Positions 1 to 9,004 of a DNA stretch of 64,000 nucleotides are shown in pieces. Position numbers and translations under genes: made by a program. Origin of the DNA: an uncultured virus (IMG/VR IMGVR_UViG_3300025141_000064). Its lineage: Duplodnaviria; Heunggongvirae; Uroviricota; Caudoviricetes. The stretch lies in IMG/VR virus record IMGVR_UViG_3300025141_000064, one strand, 5' to 3'. The first letter of the stretch is position 1. The number at the start of each line of letters is the position of its first letter. Below the pieces are notes generated by a model. The model ran no database searches and was not told the DNA's origin. It saw only the letters and a list, made by a program, of their open reading frames with translations.

Positions 1-48
1 TTTTGCCCTGTATTGCATAGAAAGCGTCCAGACTATCGGACAAGAGAA

Positions 49-71
49 AGCCGACCTTGTACGGGTCGGCT
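49..71 (-). terminator. Intrinsic terminator closing the leftward accessory operon
   Basis: AGCCGACC/GGTCGGCT stem, followed on the minus strand by TTCTCTT, just downstream of ORF 108-419. Confidence 0.65.
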
Positions 72-107
72 CGTCTCATCTCATACGGTGGATGCGATTA
101 GCTTACT

Positions 108-419
108 TTAAGGCGACCAATTCACAAACTTGCGCGCTTGCTGCGTGTTGTTAACCACTTGAAGGGCTACGTTTCCGCTCATCTCTAATAAGCTATCCGC
201 GTTTATCTTGTACCAATAACTACCGATATTATCAAACACTTTTATTGCTTGCTTTAGGTCGTTGTGGACTGCAATACGTGTGCGCTCGTCACTTTGGTCG
301 CACCAACAACAGAATACTACATAGCTGGCTGCAAGCTGGCGCACGTTAGCCTTGCTGATTTGTATACGTCTGACCTTTCGCGCTCGTTGTGCTGGCGGTG
401 TTTTTGTTTTAGCTTTCAT
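108..419 (-). CDS. Hypothetical phage protein
   Basis: 103-aa ORF, tightly packed in the minus-strand operon. Confidence 0.6.
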   Translation of the reverse strand: MKAKTKTPPAQRARKVRRIQISKANVRQLAASYVVFCCWCDQSDERTRIAVHNDLKQAIKVFDNIGSYWYKINADSLLEMSGNVALQVVNNTQQARKFVNWSP

Positions 420-423
420 AAGA

Positions 424-873
424 TTAAATTTTAGATAGATTAGATTTCGCTTGTCTCTTCATTGATCTCTTCATGTACGCATGTAACACGTCTACAGGAT
501 GCTGCTTGTAGTACGTCACGGATAGAGCAAATTGAATGTACTTGTTCATGGCGTTCAATTCGTTATCCTCATAGTATGCGTAAACGGCTGGCGCGATATT
601 GTGCAAACATGCTTCATACCATGCAATGCAATAGGCTGAATTATCGCCTATTGCATACTCTTGGCATTGTGCCGTTGCTTGCCGATCTGCACCCATGACA
701 TAACCAGCCATGGATACAAATTTTCCGCGCTGGCTTGCCGTTAGGCTATCGCGCTCTACCGCTCTACTCAGGACTTTAAGACCTTTCATTTTAACACCAG
801 CGACAAGATTAGGATTGCGCCCATTAGGACTATCAATAGAAGTTCCCTTCTTTGTTCGTTTTTCATCTTTCAT
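424..873 (-). CDS. Hypothetical phage protein
   Basis: 149-aa ORF, 4-5 nt spacing to both neighbours. Confidence 0.6.
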   Translation of the reverse strand: MKDEKRTKKGTSIDSPNGRNPNLVAGVKMKGLKVLSRAVERDSLTASQRGKFVSMAGYVMGADRQATAQCQEYAIGDNSAYCIAWYEACLHNIAPAVYAYYEDNELNAMNKYIQFALSVTYYKQHPVDVLHAYMKRSMKRQAKSNLSKI

Positions 874-878
874 TGTCT

Positions 879-2015
879 TTAGTTGTTAGTATTCGTGGCT
901 TCTGCTGCTATCAGACAGTTGATACATAGACCTTCGCCATTGGCGATTTCGTCATTCGTTAGGTTGCTGAAACATCCGACACACCCGTAGGCATCTATAT
1001 CATAAACGCCCCGCAACGAATTAGCCTCTGTAACATCCTGTTCTGCAAGCTGGCGCGCTGCTTCGTCTTTCATGTCTTGCGCTGCGATGCTTTCAAGGTT
1101 TGTAATGATAGCTTTAGCCTCTTTAATTGTGATATAACCCATTGCCGCGTTATCATACACAAATTCACCGTTTGCTTTGACAAGTTCGGGTCTACATGGA
1201 ACAAAGATTCCAGTCGATGCGTTGTACTTGCAGAACCTCATTTGCGGATAAACTTTCGCCCAGCTTTTGTCGTTCATTGTAGCAAGTGAAAGACTGCGTA
1301 CAAATGTGGAATTTCCGCCCTTGTTCACAGTATGTGGACTTTTTGCTTTGATCTTTTCGGTGTGCTTTCTATCACCCCAGCTATCACCCCAGCTATCACC
1401 CCATTGATTCCAGCGCTGGCTGTAGTCGGTTACTTCTTTGTTTCCAGCATATCGCTTTTGACCTTTGTAACTATCATTGGAATACCAATTACCAGCATCA
1501 TCATACTCTGCCCTGTAAGCGTCATCATTTATGATGGTCGTGTTGCCATCAAGATCAATGAAAACCAGCTTATTACTTGAGCCGATATGCTCGGATAATA
1601 GCGATTGAAATAACTCGGTCTCAAGTAGCGCCATATTAACCCCGTTAGCCGTTAACCTTTGACAAAGTAGGTTGGTATCACTTTCGGTTTTTGTAGGCTT
1701 GTACTTGCTATGGAATGTGCCATTATGTGCCATTAGAAGCTCATCACCAACATCGAATGGATGTACGTTATCTGTAGTAACACCACCGCCCGTTGATATT
1801 CTGAAATGGAGCAAAAAATCTGTATCAGTTCCATGCTCATCAAATGACTTTGAATATACGCCCCAAAATCTTTCAAAGCTGCTAAGTTCCTTGTATATCA
1901 TTAAGGTTCCCTTATCACTATATGCAAGACCAGCACCGTCACCGTTGCCGTTCCAGCAATTTTCAAGTGTTTCTTTGGTCATTTTTCCTTTTCTATTTGC
2001 GATTATTATACACAT
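879..2015 (-). CDS. Class-II (Ntn) glutamine amidotransferase with C-terminal extension
   Basis: N-terminal M-C nucleophile (MCIII), NGDGAG, HFRIST, NVHPF, HNG and ESDT motifs; C-terminal CxxC...CxxC. Confidence 0.88.
   Translation of the reverse strand: MCIIIANRKGKMTKETLENCWNGNGDGAGLAYSDKGTLMIYKELSSFERFWGVYSKSFDEHGTDTDFLLHFRISTGGGVTTDNVHPFDVGDELLMAHNGTFHSKYKPTKTESDTNLLCQRLTANGVNMALLETELFQSLLSEHIGSSNKLVFIDLDGNTTIINDDAYRAEYDDAGNWYSNDSYKGQKRYAGNKEVTDYSQRWNQWGDSWGDSWGDRKHTEKIKAKSPHTVNKGGNSTFVRSLSLATMNDKSWAKVYPQMRFCKYNASTGIFVPCRPELVKANGEFVYDNAAMGYITIKEAKAIITNLESIAAQDMKDEAARQLAEQDVTEANSLRGVYDIDAYGCVGCFSNLTNDEIANGEGLCINCLIAAEATNTNN
1369..1403. repeat. 12-bp tandem repeat (CTATCACCCCAG, about 3 copies) encoding WGDS repeats
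   Basis: Seen directly; translates as QWGDSWGDSWGD in the amidotransferase linker. Confidence 0.9.
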
Positions 2016-2043
2016 GTTATTCTGTTTTTTAGTGGTTAAATTA

Positions 2044-3447
2044 TTATGCTTGCTTTTGTGCTTTGCGTGCCTGTATGAATTTAGTCGCTCGCCTCTTTTC
2101 TACTTCGCAGGACTTCATCCCCTTAGTCGTTAACTTGCGCGGTTTTTCACCGTCAATTTTATGCGCGAATAGACGTATCATGTCGAATTTTGCTTGTAGT
2201 TTTTCAGGTGTATCATAGATCAACCGCAAGTGTTTATGAAGGCTGCTGCTGTTGTCCATTAACATACGCTCAAGTTGAAACGCATTGCGACAGTTTTCCG
2301 TTAGCATTATTTGGCACAAACGGACGCGCCATACCTGACTAACGATATTTTTAGGAGTAGGAAACAAACGTATTTCTACCGTTCCGCGCCCTGACAATCC
2401 AACCGCAACAGAATGTGAACCCTTGTTTTTCATCTCTACGCGCTCATAAGCCTTACTGTAGTTGTTCAGTGCGCGCTTAGGATATAAGGCGTAAAGCAAT
2501 GGAAAGTAGCCACAAATGTCATCATACAGTGCGTGCTGGCTTCTTTCTTTATCCATTAGGTGAATGTGACCACCGCAGCGCTCGGACTGACCAGCACCCA
2601 AAATATCCCGTACTTGTTCCAACGCTTGGATCAATTTGTTGGTTCTCATTAGTGGGAGTATCGGACTGATACACTCGAAGCCACCAGTCCCGTCAAGTGA
2701 ACTATCCCCTTCTAAGATCCAACCCGTTTCATCATACAACTCTTCGCGATCTTGCTCCCTCAATACACCAGCATCTTCTTTCTCAATTTCAAAGCCACAG
2801 GTATATCGCTCATTTTCCGCCCCTTGCGCGGGGTTCCTTCGCTTGCTATGATAGCTAAATACGTGGTCGCTGCTATCAAAATATCGGTCGAGATTCCCCA
2901 TACCTTCATCGAACTTCACGCGCTTAGTGCCTGTATGAACCAATATGTAGCCCATTGCTTGAGCAACATCAAGCGACCCAAAGGCAACATTTTCGTTACC
3001 GCCCTGATCTGTACCACTATACAGTTCGTTGTGCTTACAGTAAGCACCAATACTATTACCTTCATTTTTACCGTTAGTTTGTGCCGTAACAAACGGACGC
3101 AGATAGAACTTCACCGCGTACATTTCGGGTATCATACACTTGTTGTACGCATCAAAGACAACTTCGCTTTTGTGGCAATAGACTTTTTCGTAGCCCGCAT
3201 GCTGGCAATCTTTGAACACTTGCACATAATCCTTTGAAATTGGATGTCTCAGGGTTCCGAGATCTGCCGAAAGCACAAGCGGATATTCGTTGTAACCCTT
3301 TGAGCGCTTCGAGATGTAACCTTTGGGAGTTCGCACTTGGTTTTTGGTAAGAATAATCTTACCGTTCGCGTCTGGCATCGTTTCCTTGCGCTTCCTTTTC
3401 AGATGTGCCATAGTTCCGAAATGCGCCTTAATTCGTTCGTTGTCCAT
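2044..3447 (-). CDS. Putative amidoligase (glutamine synthetase-like COOH-NH2 ligase fold)
   Basis: GFEIE, DSSL, FECISP, CGGHIH and TVEIR motifs; start moved to ATG 3447 because a promoter box lies at 3484-3491 inside the longer GTG ORF. Confidence 0.85.
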   Translation of the reverse strand: MDNERIKAHFGTMAHLKRKRKETMPDANGKIILTKNQVRTPKGYISKRSKGYNEYPLVLSADLGTLRHPISKDYVQVFKDCQHAGYEKVYCHKSEVVFDAYNKCMIPEMYAVKFYLRPFVTAQTNGKNEGNSIGAYCKHNELYSGTDQGGNENVAFGSLDVAQAMGYILVHTGTKRVKFDEGMGNLDRYFDSSDHVFSYHSKRRNPAQGAENERYTCGFEIEKEDAGVLREQDREELYDETGWILEGDSSLDGTGGFECISPILPLMRTNKLIQALEQVRDILGAGQSERCGGHIHLMDKERSQHALYDDICGYFPLLYALYPKRALNNYSKAYERVEMKNKGSHSVAVGLSGRGTVEIRLFPTPKNIVSQVWRVRLCQIMLTENCRNAFQLERMLMDNSSSLHKHLRLIYDTPEKLQAKFDMIRLFAHKIDGEKPRKLTTKGMKSCEVEKRRATKFIQARKAQKQA

Positions 3448-3483
3448 CTTATGTAGTTTAGGTGAATAATGAATTGAACGCCC

Positions 3484-3545
3484 CAAATATACGGGTTTAT
3501 TTCTATATGACACGTATCATAATCTTTCGTATATTTGTCGAAAGA
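3484..3545. promoter_or_regulatory. Divergent pair of Bacteroidota-type -7 promoters (CGTATATTTG on both strands)
   Basis: CAAATATACG at 3484-3493 and CGTATATTTG at 3528-3537; the + box is flanked by the inverted repeat TCTTTCG/CGAAAGA. Confidence 0.75.
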
Positions 3546-3556
3546 AATCACCAGCC

Positions 3557-4249
3557 GTGAAAAAAGTTAGCATCATCACAAGACAGAAATCACCAAGAGC
3601 ATTGGTCTTGCCCTTGTTTCCACGACTAATACGCTTACGTTTTGGGTCGGTTAGAATCTATAATACGATAAGGTACGAGTTCAACCATATAGACGCGGTG
3701 AAAGCTGCAATAGATAAATTGGCAAGTAAGCGGATATTTGAAGATAACGGAGTGCGAACTGCTGAATTTTCAGTTGCTCCAAGTGCTGACCTTATTCCTT
3801 GTTTATACAAGCCGCGCAAGTTGTCTCAGGGTCGTGGGATAAAGTTCATTGATGACGTTGCCGACCTACCAAGTGAAAGCAATCCGAACGGTTTTTTTGA
3901 GCGTACCATAAAGATCAAACGTGAATATCGCGTACATGTTATAGATGGTCGCTGCGTACATGTTGACGCAAAGAAACGTAAGAACGGCTATCAGACCAGC
4001 CGTATGAAAAACAAGGCTAACGGTTACAAGTTCTTAGAACCTAAGATCAAAATTCCTATGGATGTAGTTCTGCAAGGCGTTAACGCGGTGCGTGCTTTGG
4101 GTCTCGACTTTGGCGCTGCTGACGTTGCTTTCAATGGTACTCACGGCTACGTTTTAGAAGTGAATACTGCAATGGGTCTGCGTACTAAAACTAAGGCTAT
4201 TTATGAGCGTGAATTAACCCGAATGATTAACAAAAGATTAGATCAATGA
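3557..4249 (+). CDS. ATP-grasp ligase (RimK-like, phage type)
   Basis: KP...SQGRGI, EYRVHV, LGLDFGAADV and VLEVNTA motifs. Confidence 0.88.
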   Translation: MKKVSIITRQKSPRALVLPLFPRLIRLRFGSVRIYNTIRYEFNHIDAVKAAIDKLASKRIFEDNGVRTAEFSVAPSADLIPCLYKPRKLSQGRGIKFIDDVADLPSESNPNGFFERTIKIKREYRVHVIDGRCVHVDAKKRKNGYQTSRMKNKANGYKFLEPKIKIPMDVVLQGVNAVRALGLDFGAADVAFNGTHGYVLEVNTAMGLRTKTKAIYERELTRMINKRLDQ

Positions 4250-4449
4250 AAAGTGAAATGATAATGACCAAAAAGGAGCAAGCAATCGCGCAACAGTTCC
4301 GCGCAATGGGTCTGTACCTGATTAAGGATGTAGGTTTTTTCATGGTACTGAATTGCGAACTTGACGCAAGCACAATTCACAACGAAGTGATGTGGTCGCG
4401 TGACCTTAGAACGATAACCGATAAAATGATAACTAAAACCGAGAAATAA
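4246..4449 (+). CDS. Hypothetical protein
   Basis: ATGA overlap with the ATP-grasp gene. Confidence 0.55.
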   Translation: MKSEMIMTKKEQAIAQQFRAMGLYLIKDVGFFMVLNCELDASTIHNEVMWSRDLRTITDKMITKTEK

Positions 4450-4724
4450 TGAGGACGCATACACAACGCGGTTACATCAATAGGAAGGTACGTGCCGTTC
4501 TATTGTGGCACAGAAGCCTAAAATGTTGGGTGCTGACCTTTGTAGGTTCATCTACATCATACTACTCATTCGTTAGCGAACGAGCGCAAGCAGTTACCAA
4601 CCTTAGAAGGGATTACGGTCTGAAATTACCGCAGTCTGGCTGGGATAGCTTGATAATGAAACACAAGGGTCTAACCACTTGGCAAGAACTTGTGGCAATA
4701 ACTTGGAGTACTGGTGTAGCTTAA
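4449..4724 (+). CDS. Hypothetical protein
   Basis: TAATG coupling to the previous ORF. Confidence 0.55.
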   Translation: MRTHTQRGYINRKVRAVLLWHRSLKCWVLTFVGSSTSYYSFVSERAQAVTNLRRDYGLKLPQSGWDSLIMKHKGLTTWQELVAITWSTGVA

Positions 4725-4954
4725 CTACCTTCTTCGATTGAAGCAATCTTGGCTTCTTGGGCTTCTGATATGAAACCTAAGAAGCCTACTGCGTTTCGGT
4801 AGGCTACCATTGCTTGACTGACTTCCGAGCCGATTACGAAGGGCGCGCCTAACGGCTGCCAATCTTCTTTGTGTCTAAGCACTTGAACTTTCCTTTGTAG
4901 GTCGTAGCCTGACTTTCCTGTTACTACGATATAGTTATCAATCGGGCGTTGCAT
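4721..4954 (-). CDS. DUF1737-like small protein
   Basis: Y-x-V-V...LQRKV...WQPLGAP...QAMV pattern. Confidence 0.6.
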   Translation of the reverse strand: MQRPIDNYIVVTGKSGYDLQRKVQVLRHKEDWQPLGAPFVIGSEVSQAMVAYRNAVGFLGFISEAQEAKIASIEEGS

Positions 4955-5348
4955 CGTCTAAAGATAGGTCTTTAGCCGTAAGTGGATAACTCTTAACCCA
5001 TTGCTGCGTGCCATCCAGTCGGAACGCTCCAATTCTATGAAGTTCTACTGTTGATCTGTATGAATTTGCTACTCCCGATAGGCAAATAGCCTCTAATAAG
5101 CGGTTCCAACTCATTTTCCTTGCGATATTCGCGCTCTCATGTGCGTATGACTGCGTGTGCATCGGTGTAGGAGCGTTATCGCGCATTGAAAACCCGATTT
5201 TCACGGTATGTCGCTCGTTTCCGTTGTAATCATCGCTCTCTTCGGTGATATGATAACACCAATCAATGTCATTCTCTCTCCAATAATCCCTGTATTGTCC
5301 CAGCGCTAATTCGATAACGGTTCTACATGCTAAAGGCGATAACATCAT
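4938..5348 (-). CDS. Hypothetical protein
   Basis: Overlapping chain of minus-strand ORFs. Confidence 0.6.
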   Translation of the reverse strand: MMLSPLACRTVIELALGQYRDYWRENDIDWCYHITEESDDYNGNERHTVKIGFSMRDNAPTPMHTQSYAHESANIARKMSWNRLLEAICLSGVANSYRSTVELHRIGAFRLDGTQQWVKSYPLTAKDLSLDDATPD

Positions 5349-5776
5349 GGCTCTAATCTTTCGTTGCGTGCAAATGTTACTGAACGTAAATCTCCATCCT
5401 CATCTCTCCAAAGGCGACAGATCAAATCTCCATCGCTGGTTCTACTGTCAAACTCTTCGGCACGTATTCTGATTACGTTGAACTTCTTTGATAACCGCTC
5501 AACCTCCGCGTCAACCTCTTCTCCTTGCCCTAAAACAAATAGATTACCTAATGGTGCGTCATCATCGGTCTGTGCGAGTAGTTCAATACGCCTTTTGTAG
5601 CATTTATTGCATAGATTGCCGTTGTTGACAACCTCTCCATCATTACAGTCAGCGCATAGTTTCATGTTCCATATTTTATCAAGCAAACTGCCTTTATCGG
5701 CAGTAAACATGTCTCGTTCAGCCGCAATAGATAACCCTTCTTTGAAAAGGTTTTCCTGTTCCTCAAGCCAATCCAC
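5345..5776 (-). CDS. Hypothetical protein with CxxC...CxxC zinc-finger motif
   Basis: CADC...CNKC. Confidence 0.6.
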   Translation of the reverse strand: MDWLEEQENLFKEGLSIAAERDMFTADKGSLLDKIWNMKLCADCNDGEVVNNGNLCNKCYKRRIELLAQTDDDAPLGNLFVLGQGEEVDAEVERLSKKFNVIRIRAEEFDSRTSDGDLICRLWRDEDGDLRSVTFARNERLEP

Positions 5777-6090
5777 TATCCTCTTCTTTTCTTCATTTCT
5801 GCTGCGTTCAACTCTTCGGTGTAAAAATCCAAGTTGGTCGCATTATCTACCCGATAATCATACGTTCCGCTTAGAAACGAGTGATAATCTTCAATGGCTA
5901 TGCCAACATTTTCACAGAAAACCTCTTCGGTTAGTCCGTATCTCCTTATCAACATGGTTGCATTGGAAGCAATGTTCATTCTTACACGTAGTTTTCTAAC
6001 TCCGCTTTCTCCTTGCGCTTCTAACGCTTCTTTTAATTCATCAGTCATTTCATTTGTTTTTAAGTGGGGAAACCTAACCCCGTTATTCAA
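5776..6090 (-). CDS. Putative HTH (Cro/XRE-like) protein
   Basis: Pattern YGLTEEVFCENVGIAIEDYHSFLSG resembles an HTH. Confidence 0.5.
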   Translation of the reverse strand: MNNGVRFPHLKTNEMTDELKEALEAQGESGVRKLRVRMNIASNATMLIRRYGLTEEVFCENVGIAIEDYHSFLSGTYDYRVDNATNLDFYTEELNAAEMKKRRG

Positions 6091-6123
6091 TCTTTCACCT
6101 AAAAAAAGAATGGTTTTTTAATA

Positions 6124-6609
6124 TCATACTACTGCCATTTTACCTTGACCTCCACCGCTTAGATTGACGCGCTTGATGCCAATGGTCTTGTTTCTTATTT
6201 GGAGCGCGTGTGCCGCTATAATCTCACACATACGCTTTACTTTTTGCTCCTTACCTTCTCCATGTGCCTTGCCCAGTTCAGCGCAAGCTGCTATCAAGTT
6301 GATAACCGAAGGTTCAATCGCCTCATCGTCCGATTGCTCAAGTGTTTCACGAACCGAACACATGAAAGCATCATACGGTAGGTTCCGTTCCTCTTCTCTA
6401 AGCATTTCTGATAGCCGCGTTGTAATTTCTAAGTGTCCTATTGCCCTTATTTGGTCGTAGGTCAGGTCGGATTGTTTCAGTTTTCTGTCGCTCCTGAATG
6501 TATATGTGTAGTCAGGCGAAGTTACAGCCTCAACCTTGAGACCCCAACCCTTCGCTTGAACGTTCACAACGTTCTGCAAGAAATCAACTACTCTATTAAG
6601 CCCTTCCAT
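6124..6609 (-). CDS. Hypothetical protein
   Basis: 161-aa ORF in the operon. Confidence 0.6.
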   Translation of the reverse strand: MEGLNRVVDFLQNVVNVQAKGWGLKVEAVTSPDYTYTFRSDRKLKQSDLTYDQIRAIGHLEITTRLSEMLREEERNLPYDAFMCSVRETLEQSDDEAIEPSVINLIAACAELGKAHGEGKEQKVKRMCEIIAAHALQIRNKTIGIKRVNLSGGGQGKMAVV

Positions 6610-6869
6610 AATCCTTTTTTATCAAAAACCATTCTTGGTGTCGCACTAAACAATGGAAACCCCAACTCGATAACGTAGTGCGGCTTGTGCTTGGTGATTA
6701 CCAAGTCATCGGTCTGTATCAGTCCGTTGGTGTATTGCTCGTTCATATCAACTATGAATAGCGGAAAACTCATCATTTCGCTTGAGAACAGAACCGCGTG
6801 CAATACATTTTCAGTATCGTTGTCGTACACCGCGAAGGTGTAGACCTTGCCGTTTATATTCTGCTCCAA
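6588..6869 (-). CDS. Hypothetical protein (start uncertain)
   Basis: Non-overlapped part of ORF 6588-7070; TTG at 6869 follows the stop of the upstream gene. Confidence 0.45.
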   Translation of the reverse strand: MEQNINGKVYTFAVYDNDTENVLHAVLFSSEMMSFPLFIVDMNEQYTNGLIQTDDLVITKHKPHYVIELGFPLFSATPRMVFDKKGLWKGLIE

Positions 6870-6876
6870 GAAGAAC

Positions 6877-7209
6877 TTATAGGTCAGGAAAATTGACCTT
6901 GAAGTATCTTCCTTTACTCCGCGAATAGTATTTAAGCTTGTCACCTGTGAAGGGTCGCACATCTGTAAATACTCGTCCGTTTCTATCCATGAAAAGTAGG
7001 ACGATGACCTTTTCCGTTGCGATTTCGTATTTTCCTTTCTGTCCATCATTTCTAATATATGTGGCATCATACTTTACGAATGAGTTACCTAAGTATTTTT
7101 TCTTGTTCATAAACACTTCAAGTAGCACTACTGCTGCATCCGTATCTATGTGGTCAAGCTTTGTGAACCCCTTGTGTGAGAAGGTAAGGTTCAAGTAATC
7201 TCCTGTCAT
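6877..7209 (-). CDS. Hypothetical protein
   Basis: ATGA overlap with the GGCT gene. Confidence 0.6.
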   Translation of the reverse strand: MTGDYLNLTFSHKGFTKLDHIDTDAAVVLLEVFMNKKKYLGNSFVKYDATYIRNDGQKGKYEIATEKVIVLLFMDRNGRVFTDVRPFTGDKLKYYSRSKGRYFKVNFPDL

Positions 7210-7565
7210 CTCCTTTGTCTATAATCTCCGCTTTCTTCTAATGAATGGTATGGAAAGCTGCGACTATAAAAGTACAGATACGCTTCGTGCGTCTCACCAC
7301 CGACATCAATATCAACAAGCTTGCGCTCGTAGAAATGTGGATGCCCCTCAAGCATATCAATCTGCTCCAATTTCCTATTCGATACTTGGTACAGTTCTCC
7401 TTTAATGGTAGAGATTTCATCATTTTCAGAGACATAGGGCAGACCATCAACGTATAAACCATATTCGTTAACGGTCTCGCCCTCTCCGAGAAACTTCGTA
7501 CCAATGACGAAGTGGTGATTTCCACACCCCTTCATCAATGTTCCGTATGTAAAAACCTTCGTCAT
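7206..7565 (-). CDS. Gamma-glutamylcyclotransferase (AIG2/YtfP-like)
   Basis: VFTYGTLMKG..NH, GELY, D.LEGHP.FYER motifs. Confidence 0.9.
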   Translation of the reverse strand: MTKVFTYGTLMKGCGNHHFVIGTKFLGEGETVNEYGLYVDGLPYVSENDEISTIKGELYQVSNRKLEQIDMLEGHPHFYERKLVDIDVGGETHEAYLYFYSRSFPYHSLEESGDYRQRR

Positions 7566-8305
7566 CCTACTTTGATTTCTATTGTGATACCTCCAACACC
7601 TATAAGTATATTGGATGGTCTGTCCGTTGGGACTTCAATCTTGCGAGCCTCTTCTGCTGTAAGGTATTCACCATTATCGGCTATTTCATACTTGTTAGCA
7701 TCTTCTGCTGCCAACTCCCTCAAAGCCTCTTTAACAATCCTCTTGGTAGCCAAGTTAGCAAGACCCTTCTGATGCCTCGCTTCTTTTTCCTTCGTCATCT
7801 GCTCAAGCATTGTTTCGCCCTCATCTTTCTTTGACGGGTTTTCTGCAATGATTTCAGATATTGGCTTGATAGGTGTTTCCTTCTTAGCCTTATCCCTTGC
7901 TCTTTTTCGAGCCGCGCTCTCTCTCCAATACTTGCGCTGTGCTTCAACCCTATCGTGTTCAGTATCGGCTTTGCGCTCTGACCTAATCATAGCCTTATCA
8001 ATGCAGTAGGTTCTCACCCTCTTGATAAGTTCGGCAGCCATGTGAATACTCGGTGGGTCATTGCATACCCACACTAATTGGCTTTTCGGCTTGTCGGTGT
8101 TTCCTTTGGAATTACCTTCTGTTCTGACAACCCCACCTTGATATAAAGGTGTCCAAACTGCTGCGTTGAGTTTGTGTTTCTTTGACAACCCTCGCTTGGT
8201 TTTAGTAACCGTAGTTGGTTGTTCCTTTTGACATACCTCGTAAACCTCTTGGAGAAATCCGAGATAGCGCAATTTCGCTTGCTCTGTAATTACTTTTGAC
8301 CTCAT
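7562..8305 (-). CDS. Hypothetical basic protein
   Basis: 247-aa ORF downstream of a promoter. Confidence 0.65.
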   Translation of the reverse strand: MRSKVITEQAKLRYLGFLQEVYEVCQKEQPTTVTKTKRGLSKKHKLNAAVWTPLYQGGVVRTEGNSKGNTDKPKSQLVWVCNDPPSIHMAAELIKRVRTYCIDKAMIRSERKADTEHDRVEAQRKYWRESAARKRARDKAKKETPIKPISEIIAENPSKKDEGETMLEQMTKEKEARHQKGLANLATKRIVKEALRELAAEDANKYEIADNGEYLTAEEARKIEVPTDRPSNILIGVGGITIEIKVG

Positions 8306-8333
8306 TTTTAAGTGTTTTATAGATTTAACACCA

Positions 8334-8364
8334 CAAATATATGTATTATTCTTTAACTACCAAA
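8334..8364 (-). promoter_or_regulatory. Bacteroidota sigma-A type promoter (TTTG-N19-TATATTTG)
   Basis: CAAATATA at 8334-8341 and CAAA at 8361-8364 on the + strand. Confidence 0.75.
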
Positions 8365-8709
8365 CACTAACTGCAATAATTTATAGAAATCTCCTTTATC
8401 CATAGCTACGACTTCGCCTTGATTATTTCTTTTGTGAAATATCACATTAAGGTTGTCGTCATTGGGCATTTCCTTTAATAAGGAGTGGTATGATGGCGAG
8501 CGTTCAGTAGCCTTTGCTTGGATGTTGAATGGATTGGTTTTGCACAGATCAACTTTCTTGTCGTCCGTTTCTTTGGATAGATACCGTGATGTGCCGCAGT
8601 CTTTCCACTCTTCTTGATTAAGGAGTTCTCCGAGTGTCTTGAAGTCGATTACCAACCTCCGCTCGTAGTCATGTCCCTTCTGCCTTGCGCCCTTACCCCT
8701 GCTCGCCAT
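8353..8709 (-). CDS. Holliday junction resolvase-like PD-(D/E)XK nuclease
   Basis: RQKGHDYER...VDL...NIQAK motif order typical of Hjc-like phage resolvases. Confidence 0.7.
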   Translation of the reverse strand: MASRGKGARQKGHDYERRLVIDFKTLGELLNQEEWKDCGTSRYLSKETDDKKVDLCKTNPFNIQAKATERSPSYHSLLKEMPNDDNLNVIFHKRNNQGEVVAMDKGDFYKLLQLVFGS

Positions 8710-9004
8710 TGACGCGATTGTTGCCCCAATTAACTGTACCATCCTTCTTTAAGGTCAGTATTACCTGACCTACGGAGTTCTCGTCCAGTATTTTCGGTTC
8801 AATTCCAAGATATAGGAAGTTGGGAGATGCCTGAAATTCAGCAATCAACTTCTCCATTAGACTGGTGCTGATACCAGACTTTCCTCTCTCGACATCGGAG
8901 TAACTACCCTGTTTTACCTGTAGCATCTCCGCTATCTCCCCCTGACTTAGACCCAGCGATGTTCTTAGCGCTCGTAGGTTCTTCCCTGTGTTGATTAGTC
9001 CCAT
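8693..9004 (-). CDS. XRE-family HTH transcriptional regulator
   Basis: LRALRTSLGLSQGEIAEMLQVKQGSYSDVERG. Confidence 0.88.
   Translation of the reverse strand: MGLINTGKNLRALRTSLGLSQGEIAEMLQVKQGSYSDVERGKSGISTSLMEKLIAEFQASPNFLYLGIEPKILDENSVGQVILTLKKDGTVNWGNNRVNGEQG

Noticed and set aside
3557..4724. Invertible segment explaining the + strand island
   Set aside because: No flanking inverted repeats or invertase seen; divergent promoters explain the orientation
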